From a virus (taxonomy: Duplodnaviria; Caudoviricetes), in the IMG/VR virus record IMGVR_UViG_3300037067_009225, positions 49,907 through 113,906 of that record: a stretch of 64,000 bases of DNA; one strand, given 5' to 3'. Of this stretch, positions 18,855 through 29,900 are shown in pieces. The notes beneath the pieces are model-generated. The model made no database searches and was not told where the DNA came from. It saw nothing but the letters and a program-made list of their open reading frames with translations. Positions within the stretch are counted from its first letter, which is position 1. Every line of letters starts with the position of its first letter. The position numbers and the translations under genes are program-made.

Positions 18855-19240
18855 ATATTTATTTTTTGTAATTTTATTTTTCTATAAAATAATTTAAATT
18901 TTTTATTTTGTTTAACTAAATTATTATATGTTGATATTTCTTTATAAAAATTTAAATTACAATTTTTTGATGATGTTGTTTTTATCCAATATTCAAAATT
19001 TTTAAATAAAACATAATTAGATATAATTTTATTATAATTAGTTACTTTTAAATCTAATCCATATTTTTCCCATTTTATTTTTACTATATCTCCTTTTTTA
19101 AAAACTGTATCATTAAAATTTCTAATATATAAACCTTTTAATATAAAATATAAACTATATTCATCTTCTTTAATAGTTTTTAAATATATATCAGACATAA
19201 TTATTTTTCTTAGAAAATTAAAGAACCCTTCGTATTCCAA
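18851..19240 (-). CDS. hypothetical protein with C-terminal RxxK motif (true start may be the ATG at 19198)
   Basis: Ends YRKIKLQKINI. Confidence 0.5.
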   Translation of the reverse strand: MEYEGFFNFLRKIIMSDIYLKTIKEDEYSLYFILKGLYIRNFNDTVFKKGDIVKIKWEKYGLDLKVTNYNKIISNYVLFKNFEYWIKTTSSKNCNLNFYKEISTYNNLVKQNKKFKLFYRKIKLQKINI

Positions 19241-20151
19241 TCGGAATACAATTTACAATTAGGTCTTAATATAAGATACTTATATGAATCAAGGTCTTCT
19301 CTCTTTGTTGCATCATCCATACAATTATCATCTACAACAACTGAAACATCATTTATTGAATATTTCATAGCTCCAAATGGTAAACGACCAAGAAAAACAC
19401 CATTTTTGACCACATAATTATTTAAATTATCAAAAAAATGTTCATTAATTGGGTGTTCAAGAATCCATTCATCTTGTGGTGTGTTACATTCTTTGGATGT
19501 ATACAATTTTCTAAATGTTATTTGGTCAGCATTTAATTTTTTTGCACGATCAAAAATTTGTTCAATAGAATATTTATTATAAACATCTGATATGTTTAAC
19601 GACAAACGCAAATTGAAATGAAAATCTTTTGTTTTTTTACACAATTCATCAATTTCAAAATAATGATTTTGTGGTAATGAAACTAACTTACTATTTTGTT
19701 TTGAATCAAAAATATCAAATAATGATAAAGAAATAGTGGAAACACCAATATCTTTGAAAAAAGCAAAATTTTCATAAAAGAAAATTTTATCAGAAGATTT
19801 ATTTTCTTTTGTGAATTTTAATAATAAATTACCTGCTGTCTGCAATTCAATCCATCTAAAACCAACACCCCTATTAATACCATCAAACCATCTCAAAAAT
19901 GGTTTATTTTGAATAGCTTCACCTGTTCCAGTTAATATAATAGTGTTAACACCATTATCTTTTGCAAATTGTAATCTTCTTATATATTCTTCTTCGGCTC
20001 TCAATGAAGATGAATGAAAGTGTGTAGTATCTTTTATTGCATCACCTATTCTATTTTCATAAGGAGATTCATGCATTCTTGATACACAACATGCACAATT
20101 ATTTAAACATGTACCTGTTGGTACGTGGATTGATAAGCTTTGTATTTTCAT
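19210..20151 (-). CDS. radical SAM protein
   Basis: CLNNCACC (CxxxCxxC), ILTGTGEA, ELQTAG; TATATTTG box at 20168-20175. Confidence 0.85.
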   Translation of the reverse strand: MKIQSLSIHVPTGTCLNNCACCVSRMHESPYENRIGDAIKDTTHFHSSSLRAEEEYIRRLQFAKDNGVNTIILTGTGEAIQNKPFLRWFDGINRGVGFRWIELQTAGNLLLKFTKENKSSDKIFFYENFAFFKDIGVSTISLSLFDIFDSKQNSKLVSLPQNHYFEIDELCKKTKDFHFNLRLSLNISDVYNKYSIEQIFDRAKKLNADQITFRKLYTSKECNTPQDEWILEHPINEHFFDNLNNYVVKNGVFLGRLPFGAMKYSINDVSVVVDDNCMDDATKREDLDSYKYLILRPNCKLYSDWNTKGSLIF

Positions 20152-20210
20152 ATTATTAAATTTTCTACAAATATAACAAAAAATTATTAAATAAAAACAT
20201 AATTATATAT

Positions 20211-20225
20211 TTTTAATATATAAAA
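20211..20225 (+). promoter_or_regulatory. putative phage late promoter TTTTAATATATAAAA
   Basis: Same TAATATATA core directly upstream of many structural, CTS-like and endonuclease genes (e.g. ~2790, 15085, 26363, 36840, 37332, 38793, 57177). Confidence 0.45.
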
Positions 20226-20227
20226 AT

Positions 20228-20551
20228 ATGAAAATAATTAAAACTTTTATTAAATATAATGAAAATGTTAGTGAGTATTCTAAACTATCAGATAGAATTT
20301 ATAAGTTTATAGATAAATATGCTGGTATTAAACCAGATTTTGATCCAGAATATGATGATGAAGATGATAAATTCACATCACCTGATGCTTCACAAATGAA
20401 ATATTGTGCTGATATGCTCAGTAAAGGTTTAAAACCAACACAATGTTGGAGTGAATGGGGTAGTGGTGGTTATAAACCATATATTTCAAAAGAAGGTAGA
20501 GAAGAACACGATTTTTTAGTAAAAGAAATTTATAAAATAATTAATTCTTAA
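20228..20551 (+). CDS. hypothetical protein with CTS-like N-terminus
   Basis: Starts MKIIKTFIKYNEN. Confidence 0.6.
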   Translation: MKIIKTFIKYNENVSEYSKLSDRIYKFIDKYAGIKPDFDPEYDDEDDKFTSPDASQMKYCADMLSKGLKPTQCWSEWGSGGYKPYISKEGREEHDFLVKEIYKIINS

Positions 20552-20628
20552 TCACATTATTCTTCAATAATTTAAACATTTGACCTATAATTTTTTGATA
20601 TATAAAAATAAATATTTTATATATCAAA

Positions 20629-21756
20629 ATGCCAAGAAAATTAACAAACGAAGAATTTATTGAAAAAGCTAAAAAAGTTCATGGTGATAAATATGATTAT
20701 AGTTTAGTTGATTATAAAAGAACTGATATAAAAGTTACAATAATTTGTCCAATACATGGTAAATTTGAACAAACACCAGAACTACATTTAAGTGGATTTA
20801 ATTGTAAAAAATGTAGTGGGAAAAATATTGGAGAAAAATTAAAATTATCAAACGAAGAATTTATTGAAAAAGCTAAAAAAGTTCATGGTGATAAATATGA
20901 TTATAGTTTAGTTGATTATATAAATTATAAAACACCAATTACTATAATTTGTAAAATACATGGTGAATTTAAACAAACACCCTCAAACCATTTACAAGGA
21001 TATTGTTGTAAAAAATGTTCAAATAATTATCAACCTTCTAATATAGAATTTATTGAAAAATTAAAAAAAGTACATGGCGATAAATATGATTATTCTTTAG
21101 TAGAATATAAAAATAACTGTACTGATATAAAAATAATTTGTAAAAAACATGGTGTTTTTTCACAAAACCCTATAGCACATAGAAATGGTAGTAAGTGTCC
21201 TCATTGTTCTCATAATAAGCATAAAACAACTGAAAGTTTTATTAAAGAAGCAATATCTATACATGGTGATAAATATGATTATTCATTAGTAAAATATAAA
21301 AATGTAAAAGATTATGTAAAGATAAAATGTATTAAACATAATTATATATTCAAACAAACACCAGATAACCATCTATCTGGTTGTGGTTGTCCAAAATATA
21401 AATTATCTAAAGGAGAAACAAAAATTATGAGATATCTTGAAAGTAAAAATATTTTATATGAATATCAAAAAAAATTCAAAGAATGTAAAAATATATTTGA
21501 ATTACCTTTTGATTTTTATCTTCCAGAATATAATTTATGTATAGAATTTGATGGAAAACATCATTTTATTAAAAATGAATCATGGGGTGGTGATGAATAT
21601 TTAAATAAAGTTAAAATAAGAGATAAAATAAAAGATGAATATTGTAAAAATATTAATAATATACATCTTTTAAGAATTAAATATGATGAAAATGTAGTTA
21701 AAAAATTAGATCAATTTTTTCAATCATTCTCATTACCTGCAGGTTTCTTATCATAG
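20629..21756 (+). CDS. putative homing endonuclease: four Zn-binding repeats plus a C-terminal Vsr/PD-(D/E)xK-like nuclease
   Basis: Four repeats of FIxxAxxxHGDKYDYSLVxY...CxxH...F.Q.P..H..G..CxxC, then FDFYLPEYNLCIEFDGKHH; overlaps the pncB 3' end convergently. Confidence 0.8.
   Translation: MPRKLTNEEFIEKAKKVHGDKYDYSLVDYKRTDIKVTIICPIHGKFEQTPELHLSGFNCKKCSGKNIGEKLKLSNEEFIEKAKKVHGDKYDYSLVDYINYKTPITIICKIHGEFKQTPSNHLQGYCCKKCSNNYQPSNIEFIEKLKKVHGDKYDYSLVEYKNNCTDIKIICKKHGVFSQNPIAHRNGSKCPHCSHNKHKTTESFIKEAISIHGDKYDYSLVKYKNVKDYVKIKCIKHNYIFKQTPDNHLSGCGCPKYKLSKGETKIMRYLESKNILYEYQKKFKECKNIFELPFDFYLPEYNLCIEFDGKHHFIKNESWGGDEYLNKVKIRDKIKDEYCKNINNIHLLRIKYDENVVKKLDQFFQSFSLPAGFLS
20645..20920 (+). repeat. perfect 72-bp direct repeat (20645-20716 and 20849-20920) inside the endonuclease gene
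   Basis: Identical CAAACGAAGAATTTATTGAAAAAGCT...GTTGATTATA in both copies. Confidence 0.85.
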
Positions 21757-22949
21757 GAAATTTCACCAATTTCTAAAATTCTTTTACACAATTCAATTTC
21801 AGATTTTTCACCTGTATGTTTACCTTTATTATCGCTCAATTTAACTGCTGGTTGCCAAATATTATTTACTTTAACATATGTAATTTTAATTACAATATTT
21901 AAAGGTTTTACATTTTGAAGATTATTACTAAGATTCGTACCAACACCAAATGCTGAATTAATACCTTTTTCATCACAATATTTTTTAATACTTATAGCAG
22001 AATTCATATCTAAACCATCACTAAAAATAATAGATTTACTTTTTGGATCAATTTTTAGTGAATTATAATGGTTTACTATTTTATCAACATACTCATATGG
22101 ATTTCCACTGTCATGTCTACATGAATCAAAAAGTTTACTATATTTCGCACCAAATGATTGTAAAAATATATCAGTTGTGTAACAGTCAGTTAAAGCAGTA
22201 CCAAGATTTCCTTGATAACTATTAACCCAATTATCAAGAGAAATTGTTGTTGCCATCTTATATCCATATAAAGCAGCATGACACATACTCCATTCGTGTG
22301 GGTGCGTTCCATGTGGATTTAAATTAAACATATGAGCAAAGTGTACATTACTTGTTCCAGTAAATGTGTTTTTATCATAAGAAAGAAAATCTTCTATAAC
22401 TTCTTTTTGGTTTTCATAAGAAAATCTTCTTCTTGTTCCAAATTCAGATACTTTTAAATTATTATCAATAATTAATTTTGCTTTATTCAAATTATTTGTT
22501 TGTCTAATTTTTCTATTATTTGAATCATCAAAATCATATGAATCTGTCATTTCAAAATATAATTCGGATATAATAGCCATCAACGGTGTTTCCCACAATA
22601 CTGATCTGTACCACTTTCCTTCTATAATAACTGATAAATCACCATTATTTAAATTTACAGTAACTTCATTTGGATTGAATGTATATCCTTCAAGAAAATC
22701 TAAAAACCAATCTGGTAAATAACTACCACATTTTTTCATTAAAAATTGTTTTTCTGATTTTGTTAAAGCTACATATGTTAAATTTTGAATTTCTTTTTCA
22801 AGATAATAATCAAATTTATCAGGAAATTTTACATTGTTTCTATTAATAAACTCATATTTAACATCTAAATTTGATAATTCCTTATTGCTGAGGATCGCAA
22901 ACATAGTTGTAAATTTATATAAATCTGTATCAAGAATGCTATTAATCAT
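21720..22949 (-). CDS. pncB: nicotinate phosphoribosyltransferase
   Basis: SILDTDLYKFT, EFGTRRRFS, GTSNV, GTHPHEW, RHDSG, FSDGL, FGVGTNL, VKLSDNKGK. Confidence 0.93.
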   Translation of the reverse strand: MINSILDTDLYKFTTMFAILSNKELSNLDVKYEFINRNNVKFPDKFDYYLEKEIQNLTYVALTKSEKQFLMKKCGSYLPDWFLDFLEGYTFNPNEVTVNLNNGDLSVIIEGKWYRSVLWETPLMAIISELYFEMTDSYDFDDSNNRKIRQTNNLNKAKLIIDNNLKVSEFGTRRRFSYENQKEVIEDFLSYDKNTFTGTSNVHFAHMFNLNPHGTHPHEWSMCHAALYGYKMATTISLDNWVNSYQGNLGTALTDCYTTDIFLQSFGAKYSKLFDSCRHDSGNPYEYVDKIVNHYNSLKIDPKSKSIIFSDGLDMNSAISIKKYCDEKGINSAFGVGTNLSNNLQNVKPLNIVIKITYVKVNNIWQPAVKLSDNKGKHTGEKSEIELCKRILEIGEISYDKKPAGNEND

Positions 22950-22987
22950 AGTTTTTATTTTTAATTTACAAATATAACAATTATTTT

Positions 22988-23545
22988 TTAAATAATACTC
23001 TTTATTTTATTTTTTCTTATTTCTTTTTTTAATTCTTCATTATTTAATGTTATTAAATCATATATTTCATTTAATCCTAAACTCAAAAATAATTTTAAAC
23101 AATTAACATCAGATTTTATAAACCTCTTTGGAGATTTAAATCTCATAATTTTTAATAACTTAAAATATGGTATTCTAATTTCTATATTAGGTGGTATATT
23201 ATTATTAGCATTAGAATAAAAATTTATATGTGATATAAAAATTATTATATAATAATTAACAACGTTTTTATAAATACTCAATTTAATATCACCTTTAACA
23301 TTTTTATTTTGTGATATAGAATTCACATCATAATATATTGTTTTAAATAAACTAAAAGAACAAAAAATAGATTTATTAAGAATGAAAAGAAAAAAGGCAT
23401 ATAAAAAAACTAAAATAAAATATTTATATTTATAATTATTTATAAAAGATATTGAAGATATTTTATTAAGAAAAACAACAACTAAAACATACAATAGTAT
23501 GTAAGATGAAATATATAGAGCGTTTTTTAATTTATAATTCTTCAT
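22988..23545 (-). CDS. membrane protein with C-terminal RxxK motif
   Basis: Two N-terminal hydrophobic segments; ends EIRKNKIKSII. Confidence 0.55.
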   Translation of the reverse strand: MKNYKLKNALYISSYILLYVLVVVFLNKISSISFINNYKYKYFILVFLYAFFLFILNKSIFCSFSLFKTIYYDVNSISQNKNVKGDIKLSIYKNVVNYYIIIFISHINFYSNANNNIPPNIEIRIPYFKLLKIMRFKSPKRFIKSDVNCLKLFLSLGLNEIYDLITLNNEELKKEIRKNKIKSII

Positions 23546-23987
23546 CTTGAAATATACTTTTTATTTTGCTACTTCTACTATAAATTTTAATATCACTTAA
23601 ATATTTTTTTGATAACATTTGTCCATATGAAACACTATTTAAATAAAAATATACATTTAATGCATCATTATCATTATAATCATAATAACCTTCAAAATGT
23701 TCCATTTGTTTTATATTTTTCAAATCAAATTTATGATTTGAAATAGTATTTCTATTAAAAGAATAAATAGCTGGCCCATCACTTCTATGATGTTTTCCAT
23801 TACAAAACCAAACAAATCTTGTTGAACCACCAATATAATATTCTTGAAAAGCTGGTTCTTTTAATGAATGTAATGTATAATCTTGTAATTTAAAAGATTT
23901 CCATTTAAATTCATCAGTAAAAATTATTTTACCAACTTCTTTAGTTACTATTACTATTTTTTCTAATTGACATTCTGGTTTAACCAT
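23532..23987 (-). CDS. HRxDGPA-motif protein with C-terminal RxxK motif
   Basis: NGKHHRSDGPAIY; ends SRSSKIKSIFQDEEL. Confidence 0.6.
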   Translation of the reverse strand: MVKPECQLEKIVIVTKEVGKIIFTDEFKWKSFKLQDYTLHSLKEPAFQEYYIGGSTRFVWFCNGKHHRSDGPAIYSFNRNTISNHKFDLKNIKQMEHFEGYYDYNDNDALNVYFYLNSVSYGQMLSKKYLSDIKIYSRSSKIKSIFQDEEL

Positions 23988-23988
23988 T

Positions 23989-24390
23989 TTATTTTAAAAT
24001 TTTTTCTATTTTTAATTTTCTAATATATTTTATTTTTAAAATATCAGCTATTTCTTTATGTCCTAATTCATTTGCAAAATCAGAAGCTGTTTCATTATTA
24101 TAAGTTTTTAAACTAACATCAGCACCATAATTTATCAATAAATCAATCATTTCTTTTTTTCCTTGAATTGCAGCCTATATTAAAGCAGTATGACCATCTC
24201 TATTTTGATTATTAATATCTGCACCGTTTTGAATTAAATATTTTACAATATCTATTTCACCTTTATATACCATGTGCATCAAAATTGAACTACCAGTATG
24301 TGATTTAATGTTAACATCTATACCAGAATTAATAATTTGTTTTACTATTTCTAAATTATTATCTCTAATATGATCAAATATTTCGTGCAT
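23989..24390 (-). pseudogene. ankyrin-repeat protein interrupted by one in-frame TAG at 24175-24177 (pseudogene, sequence error or readthrough)
   Basis: Frame continues past the stop: GHTALI*AAIQGKKEMIDLLINYGADVSLKTYNNETASDFANELGHKEIADILKIKYIRKLKIEKILK. Confidence 0.75.
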
Positions 24391-24467
24391 TTGTGTAAAA
24401 ATATACTACAAAGATAACACTTTTTTAAAAAATAAAAAATTAAACCTAATTAATTTTATATATAATT

Positions 24468-25838
24468 ATGAAACAATATGTTTTAAAATATAAAAACAAA
24501 AATATTTTTATGACAAAAATTATTAAAATGAATCTTTTAAAAGATAAAGAATCCCTTATCTATAAATTAAAAAACAAGGATTTACTTGTTTATGAGGATG
24601 TTCAAGGTAGTAAAATATTTGTTAATTGGGATGGTAAGAAATTTGATATCGTACCTAAAAGTTTAAAAAATGAACCTTTAAACTTTGTTGATTTATCAAT
24701 ACAAAAATATTACAGTGCAGCCTATATTTATTTTTATAGTTTACCCGACTATGTTTTAAATTTATTAAATCCTAATTGGTGGTTCTGTTTCGAATATTTT
24801 CCTGATAATCAACCTGCACATATTCAATATAATAGATTACCTAAAAATAACTTAATTTTAAGTTGTATTGTTAAAGGTTCTAAATATACATATAATATGG
24901 AAGAACTTGTAGAATATTCTAATTTATTTAATGTTGAAAGTTTACCGATTTTATTTAAAGGTAAATTAAGTCCTAAACAAATAGAAGTGTTAGTTTTATT
25001 TTTAAATACATCAGAATCTGATTTAACATATGTTTTTGGTGAAGCTAATTTTGCACATTTTTTTTATAAAATATTAAATCCACTTGAAAAAAATTCATTT
25101 TTAATGAAAGATGGTGAATATAATAAAAATTTAGAAAAAATAATTTTCAAAATTGATAATGACCATAGATATACATTTGAAATTCTAAATCCTTTTTATA
25201 AAAAAATGACACAAGAAAATAAAACAGAATATGTTGAAATGTATTCTTTAATTTTATTAAATTTCTTAGAATTTTGTCAAATAAATGGAATAGATAAATA
25301 TAAATTATCTAATATAACAAAAGATAAATTATATGTTGATTTAATGTGTAATTTATTTAATGATTATATTATTAATATGAAAAATGATTTAGATAGATGG
25401 GATATAGATATACCAACATTTTTTACAGAAGATAAATTTAAAATAAATATTGATTTATTAAATAACAAAAAAACTGTTAATAATGTGAAATCTAATCCTA
25501 AAATAGAATATATTTTTAAAATTATTTTAAATTCTTTTAATAAAACAAAGAAGAAACCTTTTGGTTTATTTACAGAACAAAGTTTAACTTTATTTAATAA
25601 TATGGTTATAAAAATTTCAACATATTTAGATAATTTATTAAAAATAAACACTGAATATAATTCACAAAAAATAGATTTATTAAATTTTAATGATTTCTTT
25701 AATATTAAATATAATGTTGATTCAACAGGTAGAATATATTTAGATGATGATAAATTAAAACCTGAAGAAGAAATAGCAACTACAAATAAAAAGAAGAAAA
25801 AAGTTGGTGAAGTATTACCAAAAAAATCAATGAAATAA
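24468..25838 (+). CDS. RNA-ligase (Rnl2)-like nucleotidyltransferase fold protein, apparently catalytically degenerate
   Basis: VYEDVQGSKI aligns with motif I (EKxDGS) but lacks the Lys; FCFEYF, LPILFKG and LEKIIFK follow in ligase motif order. Confidence 0.45.
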   Translation: MKQYVLKYKNKNIFMTKIIKMNLLKDKESLIYKLKNKDLLVYEDVQGSKIFVNWDGKKFDIVPKSLKNEPLNFVDLSIQKYYSAAYIYFYSLPDYVLNLLNPNWWFCFEYFPDNQPAHIQYNRLPKNNLILSCIVKGSKYTYNMEELVEYSNLFNVESLPILFKGKLSPKQIEVLVLFLNTSESDLTYVFGEANFAHFFYKILNPLEKNSFLMKDGEYNKNLEKIIFKIDNDHRYTFEILNPFYKKMTQENKTEYVEMYSLILLNFLEFCQINGIDKYKLSNITKDKLYVDLMCNLFNDYIINMKNDLDRWDIDIPTFFTEDKFKINIDLLNNKKTVNNVKSNPKIEYIFKIILNSFNKTKKKPFGLFTEQSLTLFNNMVIKISTYLDNLLKINTEYNSQKIDLLNFNDFFNIKYNVDSTGRIYLDDDKLKPEEEIATTNKKKKKVGEVLPKKSMK

Positions 25839-25872
25839 AAAAAAGGGTGTTTTTTTACACCCTTTCTTTTTT
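25839..25872. terminator. bidirectional intrinsic terminator between convergent genes
   Basis: AAAGGGTGT/ACACCCTTT stem flanked by A- and T-tracts. Confidence 0.75.
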
Positions 25873-25883
25873 ATATAATATTT

Positions 25884-26270
25884 TTAATCGTTTATTTCTG
25901 GTGCAACATATTTAATACTATTCATAATATTATCATTTAGTTTCTTCAAAGAAATAAAAGTATTAAACATTTCTATTCGTTTATTATGATAATATTTCAT
26001 CATTTCAAACCTTTTTGTTTGAAATTTCTTAAAATCAAATTTCATAACTTCATAATTTTTTGCTTCATATTTTAATGATTTTTCTAATAAAATCATATGT
26101 TTTTCTAATGATTCATAAGCATTTTTTACTATACTATTATCATTATTTGTTACATTAACAATTTTCTCATTTATATTTTTATCACCATTTGATGCTATTA
26201 ATAAATTAAAAGAACTAATTGTGATAATAATTACTAACATTGCGATAATTTTTTTAAATATTGTTTTCAT
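25884..26270 (-). CDS. predicted exported protein
   Basis: Signal-peptide-like MKTIFKKIIAMLVIIITISSFNLLIA; repeated S(L/I)KY.A motif. Confidence 0.55.
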   Translation of the reverse strand: MKTIFKKIIAMLVIIITISSFNLLIASNGDKNINEKIVNVTNNDNSIVKNAYESLEKHMILLEKSLKYEAKNYEVMKFDFKKFQTKRFEMMKYYHNKRIEMFNTFISLKKLNDNIMNSIKYVAPEIND

Positions 26271-26395
26271 ATTTTTATATTTATTATTTTTATTACATTA
26301 TCATATATCATGCCAAAAAAAAGTTAAAATCTTATTTGATGTGTGGTTTTATATTTTAATTTTTAATATATAATAAAAACTATTTTTTTATTTAA

Positions 26396-26983
26396 ATGGC
26401 TCAAAAAATAAAAATTAAACAATTAACATCAGGGTTAGAAACAAGTGGAAAAACATTATTAAGTGATGGTTCTGGTTTATTATCATTTGGTTATTCTCAA
26501 TCAGAAAAAGGTACAATATTTCCAATTAAACCTGTTAATGGTGATAAATTTTATTATTTAATTGATAACGAAGAATATATCTTTGATGGTGTTAGAGATA
26601 AATGGTTATCGTTAAAAAGAGAAACTATTATATTAGGTAGAAATAGTATAGCATTTAATGTATCAGCATATTTAGGTATTGCAGATAACGTACATTCAAG
26701 CACATCTGGTATTTTAATGAAATATAACGGTACAATATTATCAGCATCTATTGATAATAATAATAATATGAATTCTGATAGAATAATTGAAATTAGAGTT
26801 AATAATAGTTTATCTAATAAGGTTGTGTTAACAATTTTAAATGGTACTAAATCTATTAGTGTGAACAATGCTAATATAAATTTTGAAAGTGGTGATATAT
26901 TACATTCAATAGCATTAAATAATGATGTTGAACCATCATTAGAAAATATAAGTCTTATAATAGAAATAGCTAAAAGAAATTAA
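26396..26983 (+). CDS. putative virion/fibre-associated protein
   Basis: MAQKIKIKQL start, GTIFP..P..GD.FY motif, beta-rich; late-type motif upstream; precedes the fibre gene. Confidence 0.55.
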   Translation: MAQKIKIKQLTSGLETSGKTLLSDGSGLLSFGYSQSEKGTIFPIKPVNGDKFYYLIDNEEYIFDGVRDKWLSLKRETIILGRNSIAFNVSAYLGIADNVHSSTSGILMKYNGTILSASIDNNNNMNSDRIIEIRVNNSLSNKVVLTILNGTKSISVNNANINFESGDILHSIALNNDVEPSLENISLIIEIAKRN

Positions 26984-26988
26984 ATATT

Positions 26989-29900
26989 ATGATAAGAGAA
27001 GTATTTATAGTAAAGAATAACATAACAAGTGATGTAGAATTGAAAGATTTTGGTTATATTATACCATCTGGACAAACTGTTGAATTACAAGATTATAATA
27101 AAGCTGTTTTGTCTGATGAATTATATAATTATTTAAGTGGTAATACATTGATTAGAATTATAGATAACAACGAAGTTTCTTTTGAAAATTCATATGATGT
27201 TGTTACTAATAATTATTTTGAAGAATCATATAAAGAAATAAGTGTTGCTAAAAGTGGTGCAACATTCAATTCTATACAATCTGCTATTGATTCAATAAGT
27301 GGAGCAACAACAAATAACAGATATGTTATTAATGTTGGTGTTGGTGATTATATAGAAAACATAATATTAAAAGATTATGTTATAGTACAAGGTATATCAC
27401 AATCAACAGTTAGAATATATGGTAATTTAACAGTGCAAAGTGGTTCTACTGGATATTGTAAAATTAAAGATGTTCAATTTATAACATATGATGAATCAAC
27501 CGCAGTATTAAATACATCTGGTACAATTATTATTTCTGATGTTACATTAAATAGTATATGGAGTGGAACAACACAAAATAAATATGTTGTTGATTTACAA
27601 AAAGGAGATATTCAAATTATTGGTAAATCAACATTAATATTAACTGATTCTTATTTAGGCGTAGAAAATACTACAAATTTTATTTTTAATATAAATGGTA
27701 ATGATATTGTTAAAATGTTAGCTATTAATATTATATGTACAAAAAATGTATATAATGATAATAATTTAATTGGTAATGTTAATAACACAAACACAAATAG
27801 TGAAACTTGTGTAAAAATTAGAAACTCAACATTTCAAACTTTATTATATGGGTTAAATTCAAATAATATTATATATGATATTTTTCATAGTGGGGCATCT
27901 TGTATAACAGAAATATATAATACTGCTTTTGATACAGATATAATTAATGATGAAAATGCAACAATAAAATATATATCAGCTTATAATTCTTATTCGCAAG
28001 GATATGGTTCAACCATTAATATAATTTCAAGTAAAATATCTTGGTGTGATATTATTGATGATTCAGATATTTATATTGGTGCTTCTATTTCTGATATTGA
28101 TATAGTTAAAATTATTAATTGTACATATAATACATATAATGATACATTACCAACTATTTATACAAATGATGGTAATTCAGGTTTTACTTATTATTCTATA
28201 AATAATGGTGTTGGTACATATTACGTTAATGATAAATTAGTAACAAATAATATATTAATAGGTGGTATAAATTCTATTGTAATATCTAATGTATTAGATA
28301 TATTAAGTGGTTATAGTACATCATCATTAGTAACCGAAAATGGTATTAGAAATTTCTATCAAAATGGTGTTTCTGAAATTATATTTACAAACACTGGATG
28401 GACAAACACTACACAAACTGTAGAAAGTTTTTTAGAAGATTTAACAGAATATACAGAACAAACAAATGGTAGTGGTGTAAATGATCAATATAATTTATTA
28501 TTTGGTGCTGAAACAAGTACGGTAACTATTTCTGGTGGAACTGGTTATATAAATTATTTACATTTTCATAAAAAAATCACTTGGAATACAACACAAATTG
28601 TTGTTAGTGGTTATACTGATGATTTATATCATGTTTATATTGATTCTAATGTTAATATTAATATATCAAATACTGAACCAAATAAATATCAAAATATTTA
28701 TTTGGGTATGTTTTATTATTCTGGTGGCAAAATTGTAAATATTGTAGACATATCATTAAAATTAAATAATTCAATGAATTTAGCTTTAGATTCTATGACT
28801 AATTTAGGTATGTTTATTTATGATAATGGTGGAAATGTTCAAGCATTAACTGCTAATACATTACAAATTTATAGTTCACCTTGTAAAGCACAATTTGGTT
28901 TTACAAAATATGATTTATCATATATAGATAGTACAAATACAACAACATTTAAATTTGTTTTTACATATGAAACATCTAACATTGGGTTTCAAGTTGATTT
29001 TTATAGAATGTTTAATCCAACAAAATTAGGTGAAATTTATACTGATAGATATAATGATCAATATGGTGTTGCAGATGTTGAATTATCTGGTATTACAGCA
29101 ACTTTCACAACAAATAGTAATTTAGTAACATCTTCATCCGATTTAACATCATTATTAAATGATGATTATTATATTTATTTCGTTGATGATACATCATTAT
29201 ATATGACACCTATTTCATCAGTTACATGGAATGGTTCAACAACAACAATAACATTAGAAAGTGAATATTTAGGTTCTGGTGGTACAGGTAGTGTTTATTA
29301 TAATAGTTGTTTACCAAAAATACCAACTGATGAATATATTAAACATTTAATTATTAGACAAACTAATGATACACTTGTTCTTGTAATGTCACAATTAACT
29401 TTTAATACAGATTCAGAAGCTATTTCAGGGCCAATCCCTGAACCACCAACTTATTTAGAAAAATTTATTATTAAAATGGCATCTATTGTTACTAAACAAG
29501 GTGATACAACATTAGTAGGTAAAATATATGACATTAGACCATTACCATTTCTTTATAGTACACTTAGTGGTAGTGGCGGTGGTGTTTCTTCTCATAGTGC
29601 ATTATCAGATTTAGGTAATGATGACCACTTACAATATCTTAGAACAGATGGAACAAGAAATATAACAGATATTATTTCTTATAATAATAATAATAAAACA
29701 TTTTTAACTGATACTGATATTATCAGTAAAAAATATGTTGATGATGGATTAGATGAAAAATCTGATAGTGGACATACTCACACAATTATAAATAATAGTT
29801 TAATTATATCTGGTGATTTAACAGTATCTGGTACTACAACTTTTATAAATACCGAAGATTTAAATGTTTTTGATAATATGATCTATATTAATAGTGGTGA

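Noticed and set aside
1363-24390. RxxK motif as a DNA-level recombination site (integron-like cassette end)
   Set aside because: The underlying codons vary synonymously (Arg as AGA/CGT/CGA/AGG) and show no palindromic structure; conservation is at the protein level
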